Of a stretch of DNA of 64,000 bases, positions 63,901 through 64,000 are shown piece after piece; positions within the stretch are counted from its first letter, which is position 1; each line of letters opens with the position of its first letter. Below the pieces are notes generated by a model. It was not told the origin of the DNA. It saw nothing but the letters and a program-made list of their open reading frames with translations, and made no database searches. Location of the stretch: assembly GCF_006345805.1 (NCBI RefSeq), contig NC_043006.1, positions 41,912,001 through 41,976,000 of the forward strand, given 5' to 3'. This DNA is from Octopus sinensis. Taxonomy: Eukaryota. The translations under genes were made by a program, and so were the position numbers.

Positions 63901-64000
63901 GAGCAAGAAGAGGTCTCACTCTTTCATTGATGTGAACTTCTTTCTACAGTGATCAAAACGGGAACATATGCAAGAGGGCGGTGTTGCCTTGCTTCATGAG

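Overview
AT-rich, microsatellite-saturated animal genomic DNA. The tRNA-derived SINE families look to me like Octopus (coleoid cephalopod) repeats; this is recognition from memory, not a database result. I could not identify a host protein-coding gene, and almost all entries in the ORF track are translations of simple repeats. The window is dominated by mobile DNA. It holds a near full-length, apparently young CR1-clade LINE (11056-15702) whose ORF1 combines an N-terminal Myb/SANT-like helix-turn-helix, polyQ and two CCCH zinc fingers, and this LINE is flanked by a ~0.7 kb direct duplication. It also holds a second CR1 3' fragment, a full-length decayed Tc1 (DD34E), a full-length decayed mariner (DD34D), two MITEs, remnants of RTE-, R4/Dong- and Penelope-like retroelements, more than 25 SINE copies of about five families, and a 100-N scaffold gap. 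The most striking signal not visible in the ORF track is two fold-back palindromes (1409-1903 and 20372-20695). Each carries a divergent pair of minimal type I hammerhead-ribozyme motifs with palindromic loop III. A third hammerhead-like short repeat family (35973-36090, 39966-40145), a truncated hammerhead half (55934-55950) and a perfect 144-bp palindrome (56861-57004) also occur, all next to (TA)n tracts. These are consistent with Penelope-like pseudo-LTR-derived mini-elements. Coordinates were counted by hand, and element ends are approximate unless stated.
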